Made by a program: the position numbers and the translations under genes. A stretch of 64,000 nucleotides of DNA from Octopus sinensis (Eukaryota): contig NC_043004.1 in assembly GCF_006345805.1 (NCBI RefSeq), positions 19,220,001 to 19,284,000 on the forward strand, written 5' to 3'. The number at the start of each line of letters is the position of its first letter. Position 1 is the stretch's first letter. The notes beneath the pieces are model-generated. The model searched no databases. It was not told where the DNA came from and saw only the letters and a list, made by a program, of their open reading frames with translations. Positions 39,550 to 50,848 of the stretch are shown here, in pieces.

Positions 39550-40541
39550 TAGTTTCTATGATTATCTATGACATCTTTCCATTTACTCGTAAGTTTGTGA
39601 ATCCCATTAGTGAAAAACTCTTTCGGTTTCGAAGAGAACTCTGAAAGGTCAGTTTTTATTTCGTCGGTTGTTTCGAGAGTTAATCCATCCAAATGATTCT
39701 GTAAACTACAGAACAAATGGTAACCTGAAGGAGTAAGGTCTGGAGAATAAGGCAGATGAGCAATTTCTTCCGGGCCAAGTTCTTCGACCTTCTGTGACCT
39801 TATCTTTGCAGTGTGGGATTTTGCATTTTCCTGATGAAACAGCACAGTCCCTTTCGATTCACTAAAGCATATCTTTCTTTCTAATTTAGCACAACCTCCA
39901 AACACTCTAATTCTTAACTGTTGATTTGAGCATCGGTTGTTGCATTAGTTGGTAGCAACTTATCGTAGATGACTCCTTTGCAATTCAACCAAACAGAGAG
40001 AAGAACCGTCTTTGCATGGAGTTCCCCTTCCGGCTGTGGTTGGGTGTTTTCCCCTTCATCAAGCCAATGTCTACGACGCTTAACATTCTTATAGATAAAC
40101 CCAGTTTCCATCCCCGGTCATCAGTCTGTCCAAAAAGGCCGAGACGAGTTCACGAGAACGAAGAGAAAAGCAAATGTTCACTCGGGATTTGCGGTTGGCT
40201 TCAGACAAATCATGAGACACCCAATTTTCCGAGTTTTGGGACCTTCCCAAGCTGCTGAAGACGGACGTGAACAGTTGTATGGCTTGAATGAAGCTAGTTT
40301 GCCAATTCTTCAACTAAAGCTGCATGATCATTTTCAAGTTCTGTCGAAAGGAGCTTGGCCATATTCAAGGCTCAAATCTCCACTTCTGAATTTTACAAAC
40401 CGTCTTCTACAAGGTCTTTCATTCAGGCATTCTTCTTCATAAGCTGAGTGAATATTTCGAGTCGCCTCGGCTGCAGGGTTCCTTTTTTTAAACTCATAAA
40501 GCATTATGTGCCTCAAATGCTCTTTAGACACTATATGTCTT

Positions 40542-40715
40542 CTGACATCTGATCAAAAGCTCACCTAGCTGATCACTTTACGGGAAAATCTGACATTGCT
40601 TGAATCCATCTCGCTATCATTGATTCTCCAACATTAAAAAAAAAAAATGGCTCGGAACCACTACCTAAATGGTGATGACGTCATATCTGCTGTTGATAAC
40701 ATTTTTGACCAACTA
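40542..40715 (+). mobile_element. Small internally deleted fragment of another mariner, in the opposite orientation
   Basis: Reads LTSDQKLT*LITLRENLTLLE then ...RNHYLNGDDVISAVDNIFDQL, resembling the mariner post-WVP linker and C-terminal helix. Confidence 0.55.
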
Positions 40716-41458
40716 TAAGAGCTATAATCAGTGAAATTTCAATTAGGTTATCCTGCAAAATGAAATTTAATTAGTTTAAATATCTTCAAATACATATAAA
40801 TATTACTTGATGCCATTAGACAATCTAAAATACTGTTAAAGCGTTTACAAATTGAAAATATAGAAGTCCGGACGTTACTTATGGGATGACTTGTAGATCA
40901 CTTGTAAGCTGCATTAGCCATTAAAATGGATAACTTGGCGCAAACTTGATTTTTAGTGTTTACATTACAATACAAATTTGTATTTGTTAACTAAAAAAAA
41001 AACATTTGTAGAACGAGTAACGGTGTAAAAGTCATCAACTGAGTAAATATGTTTAACCGTATTGAAGTTTATATATTATTCGTCCAATGCAATTTAAACT
41101 TCTTGGCAAATAACCAGTATTAAGAATTCAATAGGGATTTCCGTGCGTGCATTGCAATTTTATCTTTTGTTATTACATTCTGGTTTCAATGTTAGACGAA
41201 GTGTATTTAGAAAACAAAATAAAACATGAAACATCTAAGTACATTCGTGGACCATCTTTACTACGTCGACTGCTATCATTTTTCACTCCAACAACGATAC
41301 TCTAACAATTCCACTCCAAAGCATGATAATAGCACTTTTCTGACGATTTGACAGTAAGTGTTGATTATTTAATATACATTCTGTAAATTGCATTATGCAT
41401 AAAAAAAAATCATCTTTTACTTATTAAAAGTACGTAAGGTAGTGAAGTAAATGTCACG

Positions 41459-41522
<64 letters not shown>

Positions 41523-41823
41523 CATTAAAATTTGTCCAGGCGTTTTTAGATCTCCACATCTACATCACGCAAATCACTGACGCTACACGGGAGTATGTTG
41601 AATATTTGTGAACCCGTGAAACCCAAGCTGTTACAGTAATGGATTCTTATTTCGGATGGAGAAGACGGAAGCTTTGGTACATTGCATTGCCATCCAGTTT
41701 GGTGATTGGCATAGCTTTCAAATCCAAAGTTGTGAGCTAGACCTTCCAGAATCTTCTATGTGTGCATAACTGCAATTTTCACATGTTCTTATGGAATAGA
41801 ATATAATATATATATATATATGC

Positions 41824-41874
<51 letters not shown>

Positions 41875-42212
41875 TATATTATATTATATTGTCGGTCAGT
41901 TGGCTAAAGTCAGAAATATAGCATACTGTAACAGAGTTTAAGCGGTTATACTTTTACATTAACGACTAGTAAGTTCCTAGTTACGGTATGTAACCAGGCT
42001 GAAAGATTTCTTGTCTTTCGATTCTACAATTGTACCTACCAATCCAGACAACGCATCAGACATGCTTCTGGTCAGTATGTCTGATGAGTGTTTAGTATTG
42101 CCAATAGTAGTAGTGCAACAAGTTGTACCTTTTTGACCGCTTGTATGCCGTAAGCAGGAACATATTAGTAGACAGTATAAAAGTAAATAGATAGACAGAC
42201 ATAGACAGACAT

Positions 42213-42291
<79 letters not shown>

Positions 42292-43635
42292 CACACGCAC
42301 GCACTTAACCTTCATATTAGAGTCAAAGTCTTATAGTATACAAATTAGCAGCTCCAGTTCTCTGCAACAGTTATATATAATATGTATACAAATGGATTGG
42401 CTACTTGTGGGATTGGTCTCTCTTGAGACCCCAAAATGTGTCGAAAATCGATTAAGGCTCTTCAACTTATTCAATCTACGGAGAAATACTTGAACTGGAC
42501 GTTTGTATGTTTACTGCTTATGTTCACACAAACATCTGCACGCGCACTCACGCTCGACTGAATCTACATATTCAAGACACACGAAATTTGAATTCACGCT
42601 GTTTAAGAACAAAAATGAAATACTTCCGCTTATTAATCCGGCGCCGAAACGTTTCTAATCCTAAACAAAGTGCTTAGAAATAGTTCTTTCCTATGTTTTA
42701 TTCGTTTATTGGTTTCGACATCAAACAGCAACAAACTGAGATACCAACAACAGAGATTTTATTAAATTGTACCCATCCCTGTATTTATTTCTATCTTTAT
42801 TTGTCCAAGTGCTATACTACAGAATGTAAACAACAACGTTGTTTAGACCTGTTTGAAAGTAAACGCAGACACGAACACAGTAATACACGCACGCATGTAC
42901 ACGTAAACACACACGCACACAAACATGTAGATGTTTTATTTTAGGAGAAGAGGAATACAATATCTAGACGTTCATATCTTTCCAGGAGCTTTGATGGTTT
43001 AAATACAATGAGGAAAGATTGTATGAGCCACATTTTAATCTTTTACCGAGAATCAAAGGCAGATGGAATCACGAATCTCAAGAAGTTTGCCATTTTCTCT
43101 CTAACACCCGCCTCCGCTACGTAGAAAATACCATTATTTAGATATCAAATTCGAAAATGAAGAATGCACATAATGACATTTCAGATTATATCATTTCCAC
43201 TAGTATTAATTTGCATCTGACAAAAATAAAAGTAACTTATTAAACTTTCAGTTGAGGAACTTCTCATTGATGCTCGGAATTAGAGTCAATTACATCTATC
43301 CTCGACTTCCTTTCTTATTCGTATTCCTCACAAACATTAAACATATCTTGTGCATGTTGGCGTGGCTAAGAACAAACACATAGAATTATTGTTATGCAAT
43401 AATAAAAATTAAGAACTTTCGAAAGCATTCTGTTGCAATGGTTCGAAATATTAATTTTTTTTTTTGCACCAACTGAAAGTTTTACCATTTTAAAATGTAT
43501 TCTATGGTCTGGAGTATACACACACACACACGCACAAACATATATATATTTATATCTGTACACGCGCGCATGCACGAACACACGCACACACATGCACATA
43601 TACATATGCTCGTGTATCTGTCTATGTACGTACGT

Positions 43636-43835
43636 ACGAGGGTGGGCTGTAATGTTCATAAGCAGTCTTTGATGGAATTTTGCTAGAGCTGTGAAATCGT
43701 TCATGAGTTAATGTCTACTCTCGTTATTAATAACTACATTGTCTCTTTCCAAGTAAACTGACGTCTGACTGCTCAAAGAAGACTTCAAATGTAACTAGTA
43801 GTAATTTCCTTTGAAAATTGACAAAATTTGGCAGA
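43636..43835 (+). mobile_element. Probable mariner 5' end remnant
   Basis: Begins TA|cgagggtgggctg..., a mariner-type TIR start, and leads to a degenerate start region aaaattgacaaaatttgg. Confidence 0.4.
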
Positions 43836-44384
43836 TAAGTTATTTCAGATAAGTTATGACACACCTGGCTAGTGTTGACTGTACCTACTTGATTCCCTGG
43901 CCAGTGTTACTGATTCCCAGTTACAACTAATTAGCCTCGTGAATGAATCTCGTATTAAATCCAGAAGAAAGCCTTATAGTGATTTGGTGTTCAATTTAAT
44001 ACTTTTTCCTGAAATTTCTGCAGCTAAGCGTTCTCAAGTGGTGCTGTTCTGTTCTCCTTTGGACTACACCATCAAGGCTGTATGGGAGATTCTGATATCT
44101 GGACAATCATGGATCTCCACACAGTCCGGCCAGTATTGTGCCCTGAAAACGTCACTTCAATTTCACGGAGAATAATGGCAGCAAAATCATTTAAGACGTC
44201 TTCCTCTCATGTATTTTGCCTGCAACTGAAGTCATAACTGAGCAATGGTGAAAAACTCCATTGCATCTCGAGATAAATGAATTCCAAAGAAACTAGATCT
44301 GTCTATGTATTATTCGCGCCGTGTTTTCTCGTATGTATATCTATCTATCTATCTATCTACACACACACACACCACACACACACA

Positions 44385-44446
<62 letters not shown>

Positions 44447-46582
44447 CATGTGTGTGGACGTGTGGGTGGGTGCGTTCGTGTGCATATGCAAGCATCAATC
44501 TTCGAGTGTTATTGTCGATACATAAGGAAATAATGCGCACAAACCTTAATTCATAATACAAATAAAACCTTTTATAAAATAGCGTATTTTGAATAAATAG
44601 GATTTGCAGTGTTACAATGACTGATATTAATTTCTTTTGACTAGGTACGAGACCGATTTTGTAGGGGACAAGTTATAGCCAATTGAATCGACTTCAGTAT
44701 AAAACTGGTATTCATTTTATCGGCAACAGAGTTGTGAAAATCAACGACCCAAATGAGATATGAACTCGGAAGAGTGAGGTACCGTACTAGATACACTACA
44801 GCATTCTGTCTCGCGTTCTGCTGTCTCGACTATTCCTCCCCTTTGTGTTTACTGAATTGTATTTTTCCTTTATAGTAGTGACGGGGTGATTGGCAGAATT
44901 GATTTAAGAGCAAGGTGATAATTATCGGAATCGTTAGAGCGTATTTAGTTACAGCCCTTTACACTCTATTTTCGAATCCTTCCGGGTTAACTTTTTCGTT
45001 TCCCTTACCGGAGCGATGATATAACATAATAGTGAAGTATTGAGTTCGAGTTAATGTGTTTATTTGACACCCTAAGTCAGAAGTCAGAATAGAATTATGA
45101 TAGAAGACAAAAAAAATCATGCCATTGGATTTCCATTATGCATGTATTTTGCTGCTAAAGCAGCAAAATACGCCTACATTGTGTCGCTTCTGTGGCTCTT
45201 TTGATAATATATTTATTTCAATAACAGCTGCTATTAATTTGACAAGATCACGAATGTGTCTGTTTTAAGATACATCACAATGCCAGAAGCGGTATACGAA
45301 TTTCAAATCAATTGGTTTATGCCTTACACGACTAAATGTTAATTTATTTGCAAAGATGCAATGTACCTTTTAACAGGTTCAACTTCTATTAGAAGTTGAA
45401 CCTGTTCCACGATATAGCTGCCATGTGTTGTAAGGATCCTAGTGGAATTACGGACAAACTAGCCCAACATTCAACTCACAACTAATTACAATTTAGGTTG
45501 AGTCATGGCACTTCCTCAAAAATTTGATTCTGGCTTAGTTCAATGAGAATATATTACAGCTTCCCGGAATTATCACAACCAATAACATTCATTAAATAAG
45601 ATTCCAGTAATTTCTTCTTTGATGGTCAAAATTGGAAAACGAATGCATGTATGCTTTAAATATGCTTGTTTGTACATGTTTCTGTCCCACATTTTTTTAC
45701 TTATAAGTGCCTTTATATATGTATACATATGTGCAAATATATATGTTTGCTGTCAGTAGTTGAAAATTATCACGATTCTGGTGAGAATATGCAAGGCAGT
45801 GGAAACGAAGCAACAGGGAGTATGGACAAGATGGGAGAATGCGGTTGAGAGGAAAGCGACCTGGGCTGAGCTGTGGAAAGCCGAGCCTCACCGCATAAAC
45901 CTGTATATGTAGAATAAACAAATAAATAAAATAGAGTACCGGGATATCACTTGCTAGAAATAGGAGTCAACACTACAAATCCACAAATTTCTCACTGATA
46001 AGAAACACGCACGGTGAATGTGACGAATATAATAAATATAGGCCTTACCTTGTATAAACCACAAAGCAAGAACAGATATCTTGGTTAATTGATTTCACTT
46101 TTTGTACGTTAGTACTTAAGGATCATCAGCTAATCTATCTTTCAAAATATTCATTTCATTACACTGTGCGCGTTTCTTCATCTGAATGCCCTCGCGACGT
46201 TCAAAAACGAACATGAATTGAGTTAGTACAATATAAAATTTAATAAAGTGTTAATATCGTTATTAAAAATAATAATAAAGTGACGAGCAAGTGAACCTAA
46301 ATAGGTAAAATATACAAATAAATAAAGTAGGGTACCAGAATCATTAAGTACTAAAGTACGGAGGTGAGATCAGTTGATACCAAAATATCTTTCTTGCTTT
46401 GTAGTTTATAGAAGGTAAAGCCTATATTTATTATATTCGTCACATTCACCGTGCGTGTTTCTTAAAAGTGAGAAATTTGTGGATTTGCAGTGTTGACTCC
46501 TATTTTTAGCAAGTGTTATTCCGGTAGGCTACTTTATTTATTCGTATATTTTTACCTATATAGGCTAGCTTGCAGGCCACGT

Positions 46583-46643
<61 letters not shown>

Positions 46644-46917
46644 GTAATAATCCTTTATTAAATTGTATATTGCACTGACTCACCTTATGTTCGTTTTTGA
46701 ATGTCACTGGGGCATTCACATGAACAAAATGAAATGACTATTTTGAAAAATAAATGAATAAAACAGTGAGAAATTTGTGGATTTGGAGTGATGATTCCTA
46801 TTTCTAGCAAGAAGTATTCTGTAACTCTAATATATATATATATGCACATATACACAGAAGCACACTCATAGACATACACATATAAGCACACACGCGCACT
46901 ACGCTCACACACATACA

Positions 46918-47050
<133 letters not shown>

Positions 47051-47063
47051 GTATATATATATG

Positions 47064-47133
<70 letters not shown>

Positions 47134-47569
47134 ATATATATGTATAGTCTCCTGTTGATAAAAACTAAATACGTTTCTGTTAAACTGCTTTTTGAACTTG
47201 CTCCTATTACATTGTCATTTTCACTCTTGTAACGTTGTCACGTTCTAAAATAAAATAATAGCTGCATCCAAAAATTCTACGCAGGCGAAACCAATCTTCT
47301 GATGTAATAAATCACAGGGAATAATAGATGAATTTCCCTCTAAATGAATACTAATGTATTGTAGGTAATATTTGTTGAAGGTTCGTTGCATATCCATCAC
47401 AGCTTTGTGAACTGATGCAAGATTAATGCTCTGATCAAAAGATATAATAAACAATGATGTGAAGCTTCTATAAACTGATGACCTATCAACTCGTAGTTCA
47501 GTTTCTACCTCTACGGTTTCATTAATTGAGATAACTTAGTTTTGCTCTTTAATTCCATCATGCCTTTAC

Positions 47570-47600
<31 letters not shown>

Positions 47601-47621
47601 TGTATGATGTATGTATGTATG

Positions 47622-47676
<55 letters not shown>

Positions 47677-47688
47677 ATTATATATATA

Positions 47689-48098
47689 GCGCAGGAGTGG
47701 CTGTGTGGTAAGTAGCTTGCTAACCAACCACATGGTTCCGGGTTCAGTCCCACTGCGTGGCACCTTGGGCAAGTGTCTTCTGCTATAGCCTCGGGCCGAT
47801 TAATGCCTTGTGAGTGGATTTGGTAGACGGAAACTGAGAGAAGCCCGTCGTATATATGTATATATATATATGTGTGTGCGTGTATGTTTGTGTGTCTGTG
47901 TTTGTCCCCCTAGCATTGCTTGACAACCGATGCTGGTGTGTTTATGTCCCCGTTACTTAATGGTTCGGCAAAAGAGACCGATAGAATAAGTACTGGGCTT
48001 ACAATAGAATAAGTCCCGGGGTCGAGTTGCTCGACTAAAGGCGGTGCTCCAGCATGGTCGCAGTCAAATGACTGAAACAAGTAAAAGAGTAAAAGAGT
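47689..48098 (+). mobile_element. SINE family A (first of a tandem pair)
   Basis: Full-length copy after a (TA)n tract. Confidence 0.9.
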
Positions 48099-48100
48099 AT

Positions 48101-48530
48101 AGGTGCAGGAGTGGTTGTGTGGTAAGTAGCTTGATTACACACAAAAAGGTTCTGGGTCCAGTCGCACTGCGTAGAACCTTGGGCAAGTATCGTCTACTAT
48201 AGACTCGAGCCGACCAAAGTCTTGTGAGTGGATTTGATAGACGGAGACTAAAAGAATCCCGTCGTATATATATATAAATATGTATATATATGTGTGTGTG
48301 TATATGTGTGTTTGTATGTATGTGTATGTTTGTGTGTTTATGTTTGTCCCCAACCATCGCTGAACCACCGATGCTGGTGTGTTTACGTCCCCGTAACGTA
48401 GCTGTTCGGTTAAAGTAACCGATAGAATAAGTACTAGGCTTACAAAGAATAAGTCCTGGGGCTGATTTGTTCGATTAAAGGCGGTGCTCCAGCATGGCTG
48501 CAGCCAAATGACTGAAAAAAGTGAAAGAAT
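48101..48530 (+). mobile_element. SINE family A (second, more diverged copy of the tandem pair)
   Basis: Full-length copy starting immediately after the tail of the previous one. Confidence 0.9.
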
Positions 48531-48552
48531 AAAATAATAAAAGAACATATAC

Positions 48553-48612
<60 letters not shown>

Positions 48613-49524
48613 TCAGTAACCAAGGATGCATTTTTTAAAATGTATCAGCATATTAAAAAAGACAGATTAAGGTGAAATATAATATATAATTATAATTAAG
48701 GACATAGAAAGAAATTTTCTAGCCTATATACTGAATTAGACGCAAAATCATCTCACTACTAACAAAGTCACAAAGTTCCGCACGTGCTGAAATCAAAGCT
48801 AAAGGAGATTAATAACAATATAGATATCCCTGGATTAGCTAATTTCTAGATTTGCCCAATGGCTTTTCGTTCTTCAGCAGAGCCCACATATATGAAATAA
48901 ATGAGATATTTATACATACACTCAGGAAAGCAAAACTCAAAACCACAAATACATATAAATACACCAAACACCTCCGACAACAAATTTCGCAGCTTGCCTC
49001 ACCAACATGGGAATTAGGACGCAGTAGCACATAAGCGGCTATGCTTTCCCGAAGTGAATAGAAATTTTTCAATATATATTTTTCAATAACAAAAGATAAA
49101 GTTTTTAAAAAAATCTTATCAGTGACCAGCGTATAAAAAAACGTGAGACGATTTAGCGTCTAATTTCAGCATATAAGCTAGAAAAGTTCTTTATACACAT
49201 ACACACACGCCTGTATATACAGACAGGCAACAACAAAAGGATAATGGTTTACTGATTACAGCTGTTTCAGATGGGTTTCTATTGGTGAATAGAATTATTA
49301 GATCGCACGAAAAGAAAATCGTTTTCATCTGTTCAATGTATGCTTAAATTAAACATCTAAAAACAAAAAAAAAACATTCTAAGGGTCCAAGTATGTACCA
49401 TTTCATGAATGTGGCGAACTTCGGTAAGAGAGTTGAGCTCTACTATTTAAGGTCCTGATTCACTTGAATCCTGAACATTTATGTATACATATATATTATA
49501 TTTATACATACGTATATATATGTG

Positions 49525-49582
<58 letters not shown>

Positions 49583-49583
<1 letters not shown>

Positions 49584-49862
49584 GGCCTAGTGGTTAGGGC
49601 AGCGGACTCGCGGTCGCAGGATCACGGTTTCGATTCCCAGACCGGGCGTTGTGTGTGTTTATTGAGCGAAAACACCTAAAAGCTCCACGAGGCTCCGGCA
49701 GGGGGTGGTGATCCCTGCTGTACTCTTTCACCACTCTTTCTTCTGTTGGCCTGCTCGCTTAGCCAGTGGGGTGGCGTCATTCGAAGGCTAAAAGAATGCG
49801 AACGCATTGTGACCAGCGATGTGTAACAACATCTGATGGTCTGGTCGGTCACGTGATCACGT

Positions 49863-49865
<3 letters not shown>
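49583..49865 (+). mobile_element. SINE family B head with a different tail (type 2)
   Basis: Matches the 11604 copy up to ...gtactctttcaccac, then unrelated sequence ending gtcacgtgatcacgtga. Embedded in (TA)n. Confidence 0.85.
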
Positions 49866-49906
<41 letters not shown>

Positions 49907-50375
49907 ATATATACATATATGTGAGTGTGTGAGTGTGAGTGTGCGTGTGTGTGTGTACATATATATCGTCTGTAAACACGGTTAGATTTTAAAATCAATT
50001 TATGCTAAACAAGTGGATGAATTTTTGCTTCCCTCTTTCAAATATACTCTTTCCTATCATTGAAAATAATTCATATGTATTACAAGCAACAAATCTGACT
50101 TGTGTAAGGTAAATTGTTCAAAATGAGATGCGCAGTTCATTAGATACTTACATAAATGTGTAGTAAACGTCATAAAAATAAGGTGTTTTAATCACAAAAT
50201 CAAAAATGGATTATAGTTTCCTTTCGCTGGAAATACATCTTCCTGCATAGGCTATTGGTCGGTGTTTTGAGCATTGTAACATTTCTCTTCGTACGTATTG
50301 CAATACACTGCATTTGTTTGCCACTTAATCAGATAATAAATATTCTACGTAAATTATGATATTGTATTTTGGCAG

Positions 50376-50591
50376 GTTCTGCATTATCTTCGAAGAACTG
50401 GTTTGACCTGTCTTCCTGAAACTCGTCCAGATACTCGCAAGAACAGCTGCCCGACAATCAACTCTGAGGTATCACGAGCATCGACGGTAAACAAGTCATC
50501 ATCAGTTCACTACAAGATCAAACCGAAAGAGGCTTGCAAAGTTCTATTAACATCTTCAAATAAGAAAGGACAGGCCAGCACGCCAGTTTGA
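50376..50591 (+). CDS. Class B1 GPCR terminal coding exon: helix 8 and Ser/Thr-rich C-tail
   Basis: Acceptor gtattttggcAG (50374-50375), then 71 codons VLHYLRRTGLTCLPETRPDTRKNSCPTINSEVSRASTVNKSSSVHYKIKPKEACKVLLTSSNKKGQASTPV-TGA. Splicing gives NGE|VLHYLRR, like the NGE|VQAILRR helix 8. Same frame as track ORF 50403-50591. Confidence 0.8.
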   Translation, partial: VLHYLRRTGLTCLPETRPDTRKNSCPTINSEVSRASTVNKSSSVHYKIKPKEACKVLLTSSNKKGQASTPV

Positions 50592-50842
50592 CAATCAATG
50601 GAGGAGGAAACCGATTCGGCTTGCCTCACACCTTTCATATAACTCAAACTTAAACTGAAGAACATTGCTTTAATTTCCTTTTCTCTCCATTTCAATTTTG
50701 TTTACAGTTCAAACATGACTGTTGAAATATCCTTCTATGTATATTTCTTTTTCTTTTGTTTTATTTTTCCTTTTTTTTCTAGAGGCGAATGTTTTTTTAT
50801 GATTTATTAGCGCAGGAAACAAGTAACTTGTACCACTGTTTA

Positions 50843-50848
50843 AATAAA
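50843..50848 (+). promoter_or_regulatory. Possible polyadenylation signal of the GPCR gene
   Basis: AATAAA about 250 nt after the stop codon. Weak evidence in such AT-rich DNA. Confidence 0.2.

Larger units (their letters stand above)
39090..40894 (-). mobile_element. Second mariner family, near full-length and degenerate, with nested insertions
   Basis: MSKEHLRHIMLYEFKK..., WVSHDLSEANRKSRVNIC, FLDRLMTGDG, VLLSVW, FHQENAKSH, HLPYSPDLTPSGYHLF. Right TIR gttacttatgggatgacttg|TA; remnant left TIR ataagtaatgtc at about 39094. Confidence 0.88.
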
